From an uncultured Candidatus Saccharibacteria bacterium (GTDB taxonomy: Bacteria; Patescibacteriota; Minisyncoccia; Phycocordibacterales; Phycocordibacteraceae): a stretch of DNA of 64,000 nt. The stretch spans positions 404,577-468,576 of the forward strand of contig CAZDPG010000001.1 in the NCBI GenBank assembly GCA_964507275.1, given 5' to 3'. A model generated the notes under the pieces. It was not told where the DNA came from, did not search any database, and saw nothing but the letters and a program-made list of their open reading frames with translations. Positions 47,009-56,448 of the stretch are shown here, one piece after another (position 1 is the stretch's first letter; each line of letters opens with the position of its first letter). The position numbers and the translations under genes were made by a program.

Positions 47009-49432
47009 ATGAATACCTACCCCAATATCCTCTGGATGCGCGACATCGGCATGGATGATGTGCCCCACGTGGGCGGGAAGAACGCCTCGCTTGGCGAGAT
47101 GATTCGCACGCTCGTCCCACAGGGTATCCGCGTTCCCGAGGGATTCTGCATCACAGCCGAGGCTTACTATTTTTATCTTAAAGAAACCGGGCTTGATGTT
47201 TTCATAGAGACGACACTTAAGGATCTTGACACAAGAAACCTAAAAGAACTCTCGCGTTCGGCAAAGCTTGTGCGCGAAAAGATGCGCGCCACGCCTTTCC
47301 CCGCGACTCTCGAAAAAGAGATCGCGGAAGCCTATGCGCTCATGGAGGAGCAGTATGGAAAGAACGTCGACTGCGCCGTCCGCTCTTCGGCAACAGCCGA
47401 AGACCTGCCGGGTGCTTCGTTCGCGGGAGAGCAAGAGACCTATCTCAATATCCGCGGCGAGAAAGATATCGTCCGCGCTGCCGTCTGGACGATGGCTTCC
47501 CTCTTTACCGACCGCGCTATCTCCTATCGCGCTGACAAGGGATTCGACCACATGAAAGTCGCCCTCTCTGTCGGCGTGCAGAAGATGGTCCGTTCGGATA
47601 AGGGTGCTTCTGGTGTCATGTTTTCGGTCGACACCGAGAGCGGTTTCCGCGATGTCGTCGTCGTGAATGCGACCTACGGCCTCGGAGAGATGATTGTACA
47701 AGGACACGTCACGCCGGACGAATACCTCGTCTCTAAATCGAGAATCGGCAAAGTACCATCACCCATCATCCTGAAGAAGCTCGGTACGAACCTCAAGAAG
47801 ATGATATACGACACCGGCAAGAGCGGTGTGCAGCAGACGAAAGTCATTGCGACGCCTCCTGCTCTCACACGGCGATTCGTGCTCACCGATGATGAAATCC
47901 TGACCATGGCTTCATGGGGAGCCCTCATCGAGAAGCACTACACCGAACGGGCACATACATGGACACCGATGGATATGGAGTGGGCAAAGGATGGTGTGAC
48001 CGGAGAGCTCTTCATCGTGCAGGCACGACCCGAGACCGTACAAGCCGAGCGCGATTACACCAAGCTCGTCGAATATAAAGTTACCAAGCAAGGCAAAGAG
48101 CTTGCTCGTGGCATCTCGGTCGGATCGAAGGTCGCCACCGGCACCGTGCACGTGATTATGAACCCAAAACAAATCAAAGAGTTTAAAGAGGGTGAAATCC
48201 TCGTCACGACGATGACCGATCCTGACTGGGAGCCAATTATGAAGATGGCGAGCGCCATCGTGACCGACAAGGGCGGCCGCACGAGCCACGCGGCCATCGT
48301 GTCGCGCGAGCTCGGTCTTCCCGCGATCGTAGGTACCGGAACTGCGACCCGCGTCCTGAAGAATGGCACGATGATTACTGTCGACACCACTGGAAGCGCC
48401 GGCATCATCACGGCCGGAAAAGCGAACATCGTGATGCACGAGCACTCGCTCGGAGCTCTTCCCCCGACGAAGACCAAGATCATGGTAAATATCGCTTCGC
48501 CGGATATCGCGTTCGAGCGGTCGTTCCTGCCAGTCGCAGGCGTCGGACTCGCACGCGAGGAGTTCATCATCGCGTCGACTATCGGCATGCACCCGCTCGC
48601 ACTCCTCAATTTCAAGAAGCTCTCACCGAAACTCCGTGCCGCCATCAAGGAGAAGATTGCCGGCTGGGATGATCCGGTCGAGTTCTACGTCGACAACCTC
48701 GCCTATGGCATCGCAAAGATTGGTGCCGCTTTCAGCCCACGTCCGGTCATCGTCCGATTCTCCGATTTCAAGACGAACGAATACTCCACGCTCCTCGGCG
48801 GTGAAGATTATGAACCGGATGAAGAGAATCCGATGATTGGCTGGCGCGGTGCTTCGCGCTATTACGACCCGAAATTCAAAGAAGCATTCGCGCTTGAGTG
48901 CCGCGCATTCGTGAAAGTTCGCGAAGAGATGGGACTCGATAATGTCATCCCGATGATTCCCTTCTGCCGCACCGTGCGTGAGGCGGAGCAGGTGCTCGCT
49001 ACCATGAAAGAGCACGGACTCGTCGCGAAATCGCTTGGGAAAGGAGGCGAAAAGACGACACCGGTCTATATGATGTGCGAGATACCGTCGAATGTACTCC
49101 TTGCGGAGGAATTCCTCGATCTGTTCGATGGCATGTCGATCGGGTCAAACGACCTCACCCAACTCACGCTCGGTCTCGATCGCGATTCTGGCATCGTCAC
49201 GCATATTGGTAACGAGAATGATGAAGCCGTCCGCGCGCTCATTAGCATGATCATCCGCAAGTGCCGTGCGCGCGGGAAATATCTCGGCATCTGCGGACAA
49301 GGACCTTCCGATCTCCCTGACTTCGCCGAGTTCCTCGTGAAGGAAGGTATCGAGAGTATGTCGCTCAACCCTGATTCCGTCGTGAAGACGGTCGAGCATG
49401 TCGCCCAGATAGAAGAACGACTCTCTCATTAA
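47009..49432 (+). CDS. ppsA: Phosphoenolpyruvate synthase
   Basis: VGGKNASLGEM, AVRSSATAEDLP.ASFAGEQET, GGRTSHAAIVSRELG, NPMIGWRG, SIGSNDLTQL. Confidence 0.97.
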   Translation: MNTYPNILWMRDIGMDDVPHVGGKNASLGEMIRTLVPQGIRVPEGFCITAEAYYFYLKETGLDVFIETTLKDLDTRNLKELSRSAKLVREKMRATPFPATLEKEIAEAYALMEEQYGKNVDCAVRSSATAEDLPGASFAGEQETYLNIRGEKDIVRAAVWTMASLFTDRAISYRADKGFDHMKVALSVGVQKMVRSDKGASGVMFSVDTESGFRDVVVVNATYGLGEMIVQGHVTPDEYLVSKSRIGKVPSPIILKKLGTNLKKMIYDTGKSGVQQTKVIATPPALTRRFVLTDDEILTMASWGALIEKHYTERAHTWTPMDMEWAKDGVTGELFIVQARPETVQAERDYTKLVEYKVTKQGKELARGISVGSKVATGTVHVIMNPKQIKEFKEGEILVTTMTDPDWEPIMKMASAIVTDKGGRTSHAAIVSRELGLPAIVGTGTATRVLKNGTMITVDTTGSAGIITAGKANIVMHEHSLGALPPTKTKIMVNIASPDIAFERSFLPVAGVGLAREEFIIASTIGMHPLALLNFKKLSPKLRAAIKEKIAGWDDPVEFYVDNLAYGIAKIGAAFSPRPVIVRFSDFKTNEYSTLLGGEDYEPDEENPMIGWRGASRYYDPKFKEAFALECRAFVKVREEMGLDNVIPMIPFCRTVREAEQVLATMKEHGLVAKSLGKGGEKTTPVYMMCEIPSNVLLAEEFLDLFDGMSIGSNDLTQLTLGLDRDSGIVTHIGNENDEAVRALISMIIRKCRARGKYLGICGQGPSDLPDFAEFLVKEGIESMSLNPDSVVKTVEHVAQIEERLSH

Positions 49433-49433
49433 T

Positions 49434-50621
49434 ATGCGTATCGACACGATTAGTGCCCGAACGATTCTCGACACGCGCGGACGTCCGACCATAGAGACGA
49501 CCCTTTCTTCCGAAAGTCTCTCGGCCACAGCTTCCGTTCCCTCAGGGAAGAGCACCGGCTCGCATGAAGCTCTTGAGCTGCGCGATACTGACGGCGGCGT
49601 TGCGACGGCGATTGAGCATGTAACCAATGAGATTGCACGGACCATCACTGGACGTGATTTCGCTTCACCTGACGAAATAGACGAGCTCCTCATTACTCTC
49701 GATGGCACACCGAACAAGTCACGGCTCGGAGCAAATGCGATTCTCTCAGTCTCAATCGCGACAGAGCGGCTTTTTGCAGCCGCAGCAGGTCAACCGCTTT
49801 GGAAAGCAATCGCCCATCGAGCCGGGACGACACCGCGTGCGCCGCGACTTTTTATGAACGTAATGAACGGCGGCGTTCATGCAGATTTCAAACTGCCATT
49901 TCAGGAATACATCCTTGTTGTCGAGGGTACGACAAGCGAGGCACTCCCTATTGCGCGCGAGGCATTTACGAAATTGGGAGAGCAGCTCGGCAATGTCCCC
50001 ATGGGCGACGAGGGGGGCTACGCTCCGACATTCGATACGCTCGAACGTCCCTTTGAATTGCTTGCCAGTATCGTCGCGGAGTTTCCAGGCACATCGATAG
50101 CGATCGACGCTGCTGCAAGCGAATTCTTCAAAGAAGACAGGTATCACCTCCTCGGAGCGTCATATACTGCCGAGGAGCTTTTGCGAATATACGAGAACCT
50201 GGTTGAACGCTTCCCCCTCAAGAGTATTGAGGATCCTTTTGACGAAGACGCGGCGAGCGACTTCGCGCGACTTACTTCCGCACTCTCCGAAAAGGCGCTC
50301 ATCGTCGGCGATGACTTCACCGTCACCAATCCCGCACGTATTGAGAGCGCGATAGCACAAAAGGCAATCAACGCGGTACTCATCAAACCGAACCAGATTG
50401 GTACGGTACGCGAAGTCATCCGTGCTGTGCAGATGACCCATGCCGCAGGACTCGAGACTATCGCGTCGCACCGGTCCGGAGAGACCGATGACACCTTCAT
50501 CGCGGACTTTGCCTATGGCACGAGTGCTTACGGCATTAAAGCCGGCGGTCTCGGCCAGAAGGAACGTCTGGAGAAATACGAGCGTCTGCTCGCCATAGAG
50601 CAAGAAAGCAAAACCGTGTAG
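49434..50621 (+). CDS. eno: Enolase
   Basis: ILD.RG.PT.E, VPSGKSTG..EA.ELRD, GDEGG, IEDPF, KPNQIG, SHRSGET. Confidence 0.95.
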   Translation: MRIDTISARTILDTRGRPTIETTLSSESLSATASVPSGKSTGSHEALELRDTDGGVATAIEHVTNEIARTITGRDFASPDEIDELLITLDGTPNKSRLGANAILSVSIATERLFAAAAGQPLWKAIAHRAGTTPRAPRLFMNVMNGGVHADFKLPFQEYILVVEGTTSEALPIAREAFTKLGEQLGNVPMGDEGGYAPTFDTLERPFELLASIVAEFPGTSIAIDAAASEFFKEDRYHLLGASYTAEELLRIYENLVERFPLKSIEDPFDEDAASDFARLTSALSEKALIVGDDFTVTNPARIESAIAQKAINAVLIKPNQIGTVREVIRAVQMTHAAGLETIASHRSGETDDTFIADFAYGTSAYGIKAGGLGQKERLEKYERLLAIEQESKTV

Positions 50622-50635
50622 AATATACAGCATCT

Positions 50636-51643
50636 ATGAAAATCCATTATTTCTCGAGCGAGTCGTGGGAGGAAGAGTTCGTCCGTGCGAGACTACCAGA
50701 TACCGAAATCGTCTTCCATGAAGACTCACTCGCCACATATCCGGATCTGACCGACTCGGATGCGACCGTGCTCTGCACGTTCATCGAATCCCCTATCGGG
50801 GCGACAGAGATGGACCGCTTCCCTTCTTTGAAGCTTATCGCAACACGCTCGACTGGCTTCGATCATATCGACCTCGCTGCCGCTGAGGAACGCGGTATCT
50901 TGGTGGCGAACGTCCCTTCGTATGGAGAGAACACGGTCGCTGAATTTACATTCGCGCTTATCCTCTCACTCTCACGACGCATCCCTGAGGCGCGTGAGAG
51001 CGTTGTGCGGGGGGCATTTTCACCGGCAGACCTGCGCGGCTTCGATCTTGCTGGGAAGACTCTCGGCGTCATCGGCTGCGGGCACATCGGTGCGCACGTC
51101 ATCCGCATGGCAAATGGCTTCGGCATGAACGTTCTCGGATTCGAGACGCATCAGGATGCGGAGCGGGCTCGCTCGCTCGGGTTCACCTATGCGTCGCTCC
51201 CTGATCTGCTCGCCGCCTCCGACGTCGTCTCGCTTCATGTCCCGTACAACGTCCATACGCATCACCTCATCAACAAAGAGAATATTGGTCTCCTGAAGAA
51301 AGGAGCGTACCTCATCAACACCGCCCGCGGTGCAGTCGTCGAGACGGAGGCACTCACTGCTGCACTCGAGAGCGGCGCGCTTGCCGGCGCAGGACTCGAC
51401 GTCCTCGAGGAGGAAGGCGACCTCGACGATGAAATGAAGCTCCTCTCAATGCCGCATCCAAATGCGGAGTCACTCAAGATTACACTTGAGAATCACTACC
51501 TGATCAGCCATCCACGCGTCCTCGTGACGCCACACCTTGCTTTCAACACGACTGAGGCTATTGAACGTATTCTCGATACCACGATTAGCAATATCAGTTC
51601 ATTCTCTGCCGGATCGCCAGTGAATACGGTTGCTCGCTCGTAG
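50636..51643 (+). CDS. D-isomer-specific 2-hydroxyacid dehydrogenase (D-lactate dehydrogenase-like)
   Basis: TRSTGFDHID, NVPSY, GVIGCGHIG, SLHVP, INTARG, LDVLEEE, TPHLAF. Confidence 0.92.
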   Translation: MKIHYFSSESWEEEFVRARLPDTEIVFHEDSLATYPDLTDSDATVLCTFIESPIGATEMDRFPSLKLIATRSTGFDHIDLAAAEERGILVANVPSYGENTVAEFTFALILSLSRRIPEARESVVRGAFSPADLRGFDLAGKTLGVIGCGHIGAHVIRMANGFGMNVLGFETHQDAERARSLGFTYASLPDLLAASDVVSLHVPYNVHTHHLINKENIGLLKKGAYLINTARGAVVETEALTAALESGALAGAGLDVLEEEGDLDDEMKLLSMPHPNAESLKITLENHYLISHPRVLVTPHLAFNTTEAIERILDTTISNISSFSAGSPVNTVARS

Positions 51644-51653
51644 TAAATCTCGC

Positions 51654-52166
51654 ATGTCGATTCCAAAAAGACCGTTCCCGGGCAGTCATATCTTACTTTC
51701 CGTAGGGATGATACTCTCCTCATCCGCGTATGCGGTATGGCAATACATGCACGGACAGCAATCCGTCGTATCTCCGTCTGAACAATTTAGGAATGCAAAT
51801 AAGACCTTCCAAGAAGCGCTCCGGACTGGTCCGACACCGACTGGTTCGCCGATGATGGGCAGTGGGCCTATGATGCGTCTTGGTTCTTATGTCGACGGTT
51901 CATACACTGGAAGCACCGAAGACGCTTACTACGGCATGGTTCAAGTGAAGGCCATCGTGACGAATGGGAAGATCGTTGATGTGCAGTTCCTCCAGCATCC
52001 TAGTTCCCATGAGAACTCTATCTTCATCAACGGCCGCGCGATGCCGCTCCTCACCCAAGAAGCACTCCGAGTCCAGAGCGCACAAGTAGACGGCGTCTCT
52101 GGTGCGACCTTCACCAGCGGAGCTTTCAAGCAATCGCTTGCCACGGCTCTCGCGCAGGCACAATAA
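51654..52166 (+). CDS. Membrane-anchored FMN-binding (flavinylated) protein
   Basis: One TM; YVDGSYTG; VDGVSGATFTS flavinylation motif. Confidence 0.88.
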   Translation: MSIPKRPFPGSHILLSVGMILSSSAYAVWQYMHGQQSVVSPSEQFRNANKTFQEALRTGPTPTGSPMMGSGPMMRLGSYVDGSYTGSTEDAYYGMVQVKAIVTNGKIVDVQFLQHPSSHENSIFINGRAMPLLTQEALRVQSAQVDGVSGATFTSGAFKQSLATALAQAQ

Positions 52167-52167
52167 T

Positions 52168-53667
52168 ATGCTGTCCTTCGTTGACACGTTCCTCAATAAG
52201 ATCACGATGTATCGCCTCGTGTTGCAGTACCTCATGGTCCTGCTCGGCGCTGCAGCCATTGCGAGTTTGTTCGGCCTTCTTTCATTCAGTTTCTTCGATC
52301 TCATATTCTCGACCGCAATCATCCTCGCGACATGCTGGATATCTAATGCGGTGTTCGCTCGAGGCTTTGGCGCAGCACGGAATGTCGAGTCTGCGTATAT
52401 CACCGGGTTCATCCTTGCACTCATCGTGAGTCCGGTCGCCCCTTCCGACGGCGCTGGCGTCGGGTTCCTTATCTTCGTTTCGGCATGGGCAATGGCTTCG
52501 AAATACATATTCGCCATCGGCAAGAAGCATATCTTCAATCCAGCCGCATTCGGTGTTGCGCTCGGCGCACTCATGCTCGGACAATCAGCGACCTGGTGGG
52601 TCGCAAGCAGCACGGTACTCATGCCGCTCGTCGTAATCGGCGGATTCCTCGTCGTCCATAAGATACGCCGATTCGACCTGGTAGCCGCCTTCTCGGTCGT
52701 GGCGCTCACGGCCGTCGTCGTCACATCCTCTTCTGGCGGTGCCCTGACTCATCTCGCGCAAACGGTTCTGTATTCCCCATTTTCTTTCCTTACGCTCGTG
52801 ATGCTCACCGAGCCCCTGACGATGCCGCCGAGTCGCTTCTTGCGGGTGGGATATGCAGCAATCGTCGGCGTCCTGTTTGGTTCCCTGTATCTATCGCCTG
52901 AGCTCGCGCTTCTTGTGGGGAACGTCTTCGTATATATAGTCAGTCCGAAGAGACGCTTTATCCTGACCCTAGTAGAGAAAAACAAGATTGCTGATGCCAC
53001 CTATGAATTCGTTTTCGCACCAGATCATGCACTCAGCTTCCGCCCAGGACAGTACTTAGAATGGACGCTCGGACACCCCGCTGCTGACAATCGCGGCAAT
53101 CGCCGGTTCTTCACGATCGCTTCATCACCGACCGAGAAGACCGTGCGGCTCGGAGTGAAATTCTATGCTCCCGAGAGCAGCTTCAAACAAGCGCTTCTGG
53201 CGATGCAGCCGGACGACACGATATCGGCCGCGCAGGTCGCAGGAGACTTCGTGATGCCACGCGATAAAAAGAAGAAGCTTGTCTTCATCGCTGGCGGCAT
53301 TGGTGTCACCCCCTTCCGCAGCATGGTGCAGTACCTCATCGATACTAAAGAGGAACGGGCAGTGACGCTCCTTTATTCAAACAAGACCGTGAACGAAGTC
53401 GCTTATAAGGACGTATTTGACCAAGCCGCACGAGAAATCGGCATGAAGACGGTCTATGCATTTACAGACGAACCGAATCCTGTACCGAATGCCCATAACG
53501 GATTCATTGACCGGGCACTCATCGAGAGAGAGCTTCCTGACTACAAAGATTGCGTCTTCTATATTTCCGGCCCACACGGCATGGTGGTCGCATTCAAGAA
53601 GACATTGAGCGATATGGGTGTATCCCGTTTCAACATCAAGACGGATTACTTCCCTGGTTTTGCTTAG
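52168..53667 (+). CDS. RnfD/NqrB-like membrane domain fused to FNR-type FAD/NAD(P)-binding oxidoreductase
   Basis: SKY....KHIFNPAA and MLTEPLT in the TM part; FRPGQY, RRFFTIASSP, IAGGIGVTPFRSM, YISGP in the soluble part. Confidence 0.88.
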   Translation: MLSFVDTFLNKITMYRLVLQYLMVLLGAAAIASLFGLLSFSFFDLIFSTAIILATCWISNAVFARGFGAARNVESAYITGFILALIVSPVAPSDGAGVGFLIFVSAWAMASKYIFAIGKKHIFNPAAFGVALGALMLGQSATWWVASSTVLMPLVVIGGFLVVHKIRRFDLVAAFSVVALTAVVVTSSSGGALTHLAQTVLYSPFSFLTLVMLTEPLTMPPSRFLRVGYAAIVGVLFGSLYLSPELALLVGNVFVYIVSPKRRFILTLVEKNKIADATYEFVFAPDHALSFRPGQYLEWTLGHPAADNRGNRRFFTIASSPTEKTVRLGVKFYAPESSFKQALLAMQPDDTISAAQVAGDFVMPRDKKKKLVFIAGGIGVTPFRSMVQYLIDTKEERAVTLLYSNKTVNEVAYKDVFDQAAREIGMKTVYAFTDEPNPVPNAHNGFIDRALIERELPDYKDCVFYISGPHGMVVAFKKTLSDMGVSRFNIKTDYFPGFA

Positions 53668-53699
53668 AAATCAGCCGTCTTACCTGGTGCGTAGTCAAC

Positions 53700-53729
53700 G
53701 CAAAAGCCGCTCTTTCGAGCGGCTTTTGC
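53700..53729 (+). terminator. Rho-independent terminator
   Basis: GCAAAAGCCGCTC-TTTC-GAGCGGCTTTTGC. Confidence 0.8.
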
Positions 53730-53762
53730 TTACGTGATGCCTGGCGGTACTGTGGCCGGTAC

Positions 53763-53809
53763 TGGTTCCTGGAGTCACAACCGTGTTGCGGGGTCCATTA
53801 TCGAACTGG
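53763..53809 (-). repeat. Degenerate duplicate of the tRNA-fMet 3' end and trailer (att-like)
   Basis: GTCACAACCGTGTTGCGGGG identical at 53774-53793 and 56318-56337; flanking TGGTTCCTG and ATCGAAC also shared. Confidence 0.8.
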
Positions 53810-53943
53810 ACTTTCTACGGCCTAGATGCTCAAAGTCTTAGTTCGATTCCGGTGCCCGTCTTTCTCAATACTGAGAACCCGTGCTCATAAATTACTGCTA
53901 GAATATGATGGGAGCTTTTACTCAGACTAAATTAGGATATCTT

Positions 53944-54327
53944 ATGGACATCACCGTATTTCTTGCTCAGATCTGGGGGCCAGTTATCATCGCAGTCGGA
54001 ATCGGCGTCTATACGAGTCGCAGTTACTACCTCAAGATCTACCATGAACTCGAGAATGAGGCGTTTGCTGTTCTTATCTTCGGTATGGTGGCTCTTGCGG
54101 CGGGTATTGTTCACATACAGGTTCATAACCTATGGGATACGCTTCCGCAGATTGTGGTGAGTCTTCTCGGTTGGGGACTTCTCCTTAAGGGAATTGTTTG
54201 CACCTCCTTCCCGCGTATTGCCGATCGCGCTGGGGACTGGTGGGTCAGTACGAAACTGATTCCTGTAGCTGGTGGTTTTATGTTCTTTCTTGGAGCATAT
54301 CTCTCTTGGTTCGGGTACTTCGCATAG
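53944..54327 (+). CDS. Four-TM membrane protein
   Basis: Hydrophobic ORF with HN.W...IVVSLLGW..L.KG motif; start placed at MDITVF. Confidence 0.7.
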   Translation: MDITVFLAQIWGPVIIAVGIGVYTSRSYYLKIYHELENEAFAVLIFGMVALAAGIVHIQVHNLWDTLPQIVVSLLGWGLLLKGIVCTSFPRIADRAGDWWVSTKLIPVAGGFMFFLGAYLSWFGYFA

Positions 54328-54336
54328 TCTCTACTC

Positions 54337-55716
54337 GTGACGAACGGAAAGAGAACTTACGGGCTTGAAAGACGTGCATACACTACAACTCGGACGTTGC
54401 TTAGGTTATTGCGGTCTGAACCTATAAAACGCGTACCGAAGCAGTTAGCACGCAAGAAAATCAAGATCGCTTTTATTCATAACGAAAAGAAGATTCATGT
54501 CGGTGCGCATACTGGAGCCGCACAAATCAATCGGCTCATGTCTGCCGCGCTCGCAGAACATGGGATAGAGGTTCGCAACTTCTATCCACGAACACAACTC
54601 ACCGATACTCCCGTGCATTTGAAAGGTCTCGCTAATATCCTTTTCTTCTACTCCCTGCTTGAACATAAAGAGGCCATGCTCAAGTATGACATCATTCAAG
54701 GAACGACATATACTCCGCTCCCTCTTCTTTCATTCAACGTACCGACGGTATGCCACTTTGGATCAACCGCGCGAGGATACCTCGAATCTACCCCCCGCAC
54801 CTCGGACATGTCCGAAGAAGAGCGTAGTGTCTTCAAGGAAATATTGCGGCTCGCCATCATACCGGAGTTTGACCTTAAGACCATGCGTCCGATCGAGGAT
54901 ATTGCAGATATTGAAGCTATTACCGCGACACGCGCGACGGCCTGTATCGCCACATCGCAAAAAGTGCGAGACGAACTCATTCAGATAGGTGTTGCCGTCG
55001 ACCGTATTCGCGTTATTCATAACGCGATCGAAGATTATTGGTTTGACCCTCCGCGCGATGTCATTCGACAACCCCCACACTTAGTATTCCTCGGCCGGCT
55101 CGGTAATGATGTATTTACTCTCAAGCTAAAAGGACTGTCTCGGTTGGTGCAACTGTACCGAGCGTTTCCCGATACGCCTAAGACAACCGTCTGTATGACT
55201 ACGAATCGCAAACTCAAAGAGTGGTTGCGAGTCTCTTTCCCGAAGCACTATATGTACGTCAATCTTCGCAAGGACCTCATTCCGGGTGCGCTCGCGCCGC
55301 TGTACGGTAGCATCCTCCTCCTGACTTCTCGTTATGAAGGGTTCTCTCTTAGTCTTGTCGAGGGAATGTCGCAAGGACTTGTGCCGATTACGTTTTCTGT
55401 GGGGGTCGCGCCTGAAATCATCCGCCATGGAGAGAACGGATTTTTAGTATCAACGATGAGCGAAGCGATATCCTGCGTTAAGGAGCTGCTCGCTAACGAA
55501 GAGAAGCGTCTTGCTATGGCGGATGCCGCGAAGCAAACTGCTGAACAATTCCGAAGTACGCGTATCGCAATGGAACTTGAAATGCTCTACCGAAGTATTA
55601 AGGAAAATCGCATCTGCGAGAACCATTCTGCTCTTTCACCCGAATCAGAGAAAAAGAATCGCACAGACAAGAATGATGCTCGCCAGAATATTAAACACGG
55701 AAGCGATACCGAGTGA
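54337..55716 (+). CDS. Glycosyltransferase family 4 (GT-B); exact start uncertain
   Basis: VIHNAI, VFLGRL, SRYEGFSLSLVEGMSQG, EII.HGENGFLV. Confidence 0.85.
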   Translation: MTNGKRTYGLERRAYTTTRTLLRLLRSEPIKRVPKQLARKKIKIAFIHNEKKIHVGAHTGAAQINRLMSAALAEHGIEVRNFYPRTQLTDTPVHLKGLANILFFYSLLEHKEAMLKYDIIQGTTYTPLPLLSFNVPTVCHFGSTARGYLESTPRTSDMSEEERSVFKEILRLAIIPEFDLKTMRPIEDIADIEAITATRATACIATSQKVRDELIQIGVAVDRIRVIHNAIEDYWFDPPRDVIRQPPHLVFLGRLGNDVFTLKLKGLSRLVQLYRAFPDTPKTTVCMTTNRKLKEWLRVSFPKHYMYVNLRKDLIPGALAPLYGSILLLTSRYEGFSLSLVEGMSQGLVPITFSVGVAPEIIRHGENGFLVSTMSEAISCVKELLANEEKRLAMADAAKQTAEQFRSTRIAMELEMLYRSIKENRICENHSALSPESEKKNRTDKNDARQNIKHGSDTE

Positions 55717-55911
55717 GATGAGTCCGCGGTGCAAGGCATATAAAAGCCACACGATGCTGTTCAGCAGAATCAGCAAAAAGGTCGGCAAAGAAACTCCAGC
55801 CGTTGAGCCGCTTGAGAGAACTGCCCACACTTGGGGGTACAGTGCGACACCGGACACGAAGCCGTTGAGGAGCGCAAGACGGTCGATAAAATGATGATGT
55901 AAAGTGGGCAT
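55645..55911 (-). CDS. PQ-loop/SemiSWEET-like membrane protein
   Basis: LYPQV....S.AGVSL.TF...VWLLY; its 3' end overlaps the GT4 gene tail. Confidence 0.7.
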   Translation of the reverse strand: MPTLHHHFIDRLALLNGFVSGVALYPQVWAVLSSGSTAGVSLPTFLLILLNSIVWLLYALHRGLISLGIASVFNILASIILVCAILFL

Positions 55912-56222
55912 GAACAAATAGTATAACGCAACCCTTGAAAGTCGCCTGACCAAATAGCGATTATCACACTCTTGATGCCTATGAGTTAGGAGGTGCGATT
56001 TTTCTTATGCATGTATTTAAAGCATATCTCCGGTTTGAAGTTCAATACCTGCCCCCATGCACCAGGGCGGGAAGTAGGAACTGTGGTAGATGCTGGACGC
56101 CACCAGTTCGATTCCAATGCCCATGTTCAAAATCTGATGAATTTCGATGTGATTGCGACACGAAACACCGTTGAATACGAGAGTCGGAATCGAACTGGAA
56201 ATATGTTGGAAATGCTGCATGA

Positions 56223-56259
56223 CAGAAAAAGCGCCTCTAGTATTTAGGCGCTTTTTCTG
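56223..56259 (-). terminator. Terminator downstream of tRNA-fMet
   Basis: CAGAAAAAGCGCCT / AGGCGCTTTTTCTG inverted repeat. Confidence 0.7.
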
Positions 56260-56329
56260 GTGACCACGGGGGTCGGTACAGTACCGATTTTGCCATGGGG
56301 GCAGGAATGGTTCCTGCGTCACAACCGTG

Positions 56330-56400
56330 TTGCGGGGGCCGGAATCGAACCGGCGTCTGGAGGTTATGAGCCTCCCGAGGTACCTCTCCTCTACCCCGCT
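56330..56400 (-). tRNA. tRNA-Met(CAT), probably initiator
   Basis: AGCGGGG/CCCCGCA with a 1:72 mismatch; GGAGG-CT-CAT-AA-CCTCC; GGTTCGATTCC. Confidence 0.9.
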
Positions 56401-56448
56401 ATTCGCCTAGTGTAATGAATTGCTTATATTTCCGCAACCTCAACGATT

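Noticed and set aside
55993-56322. Short ORFs on both strands next to tRNA-fMet as a possible integrase or transposase remnant
   Set aside because: No recombinase or transposase motifs; they overlap the terminator and trailer.
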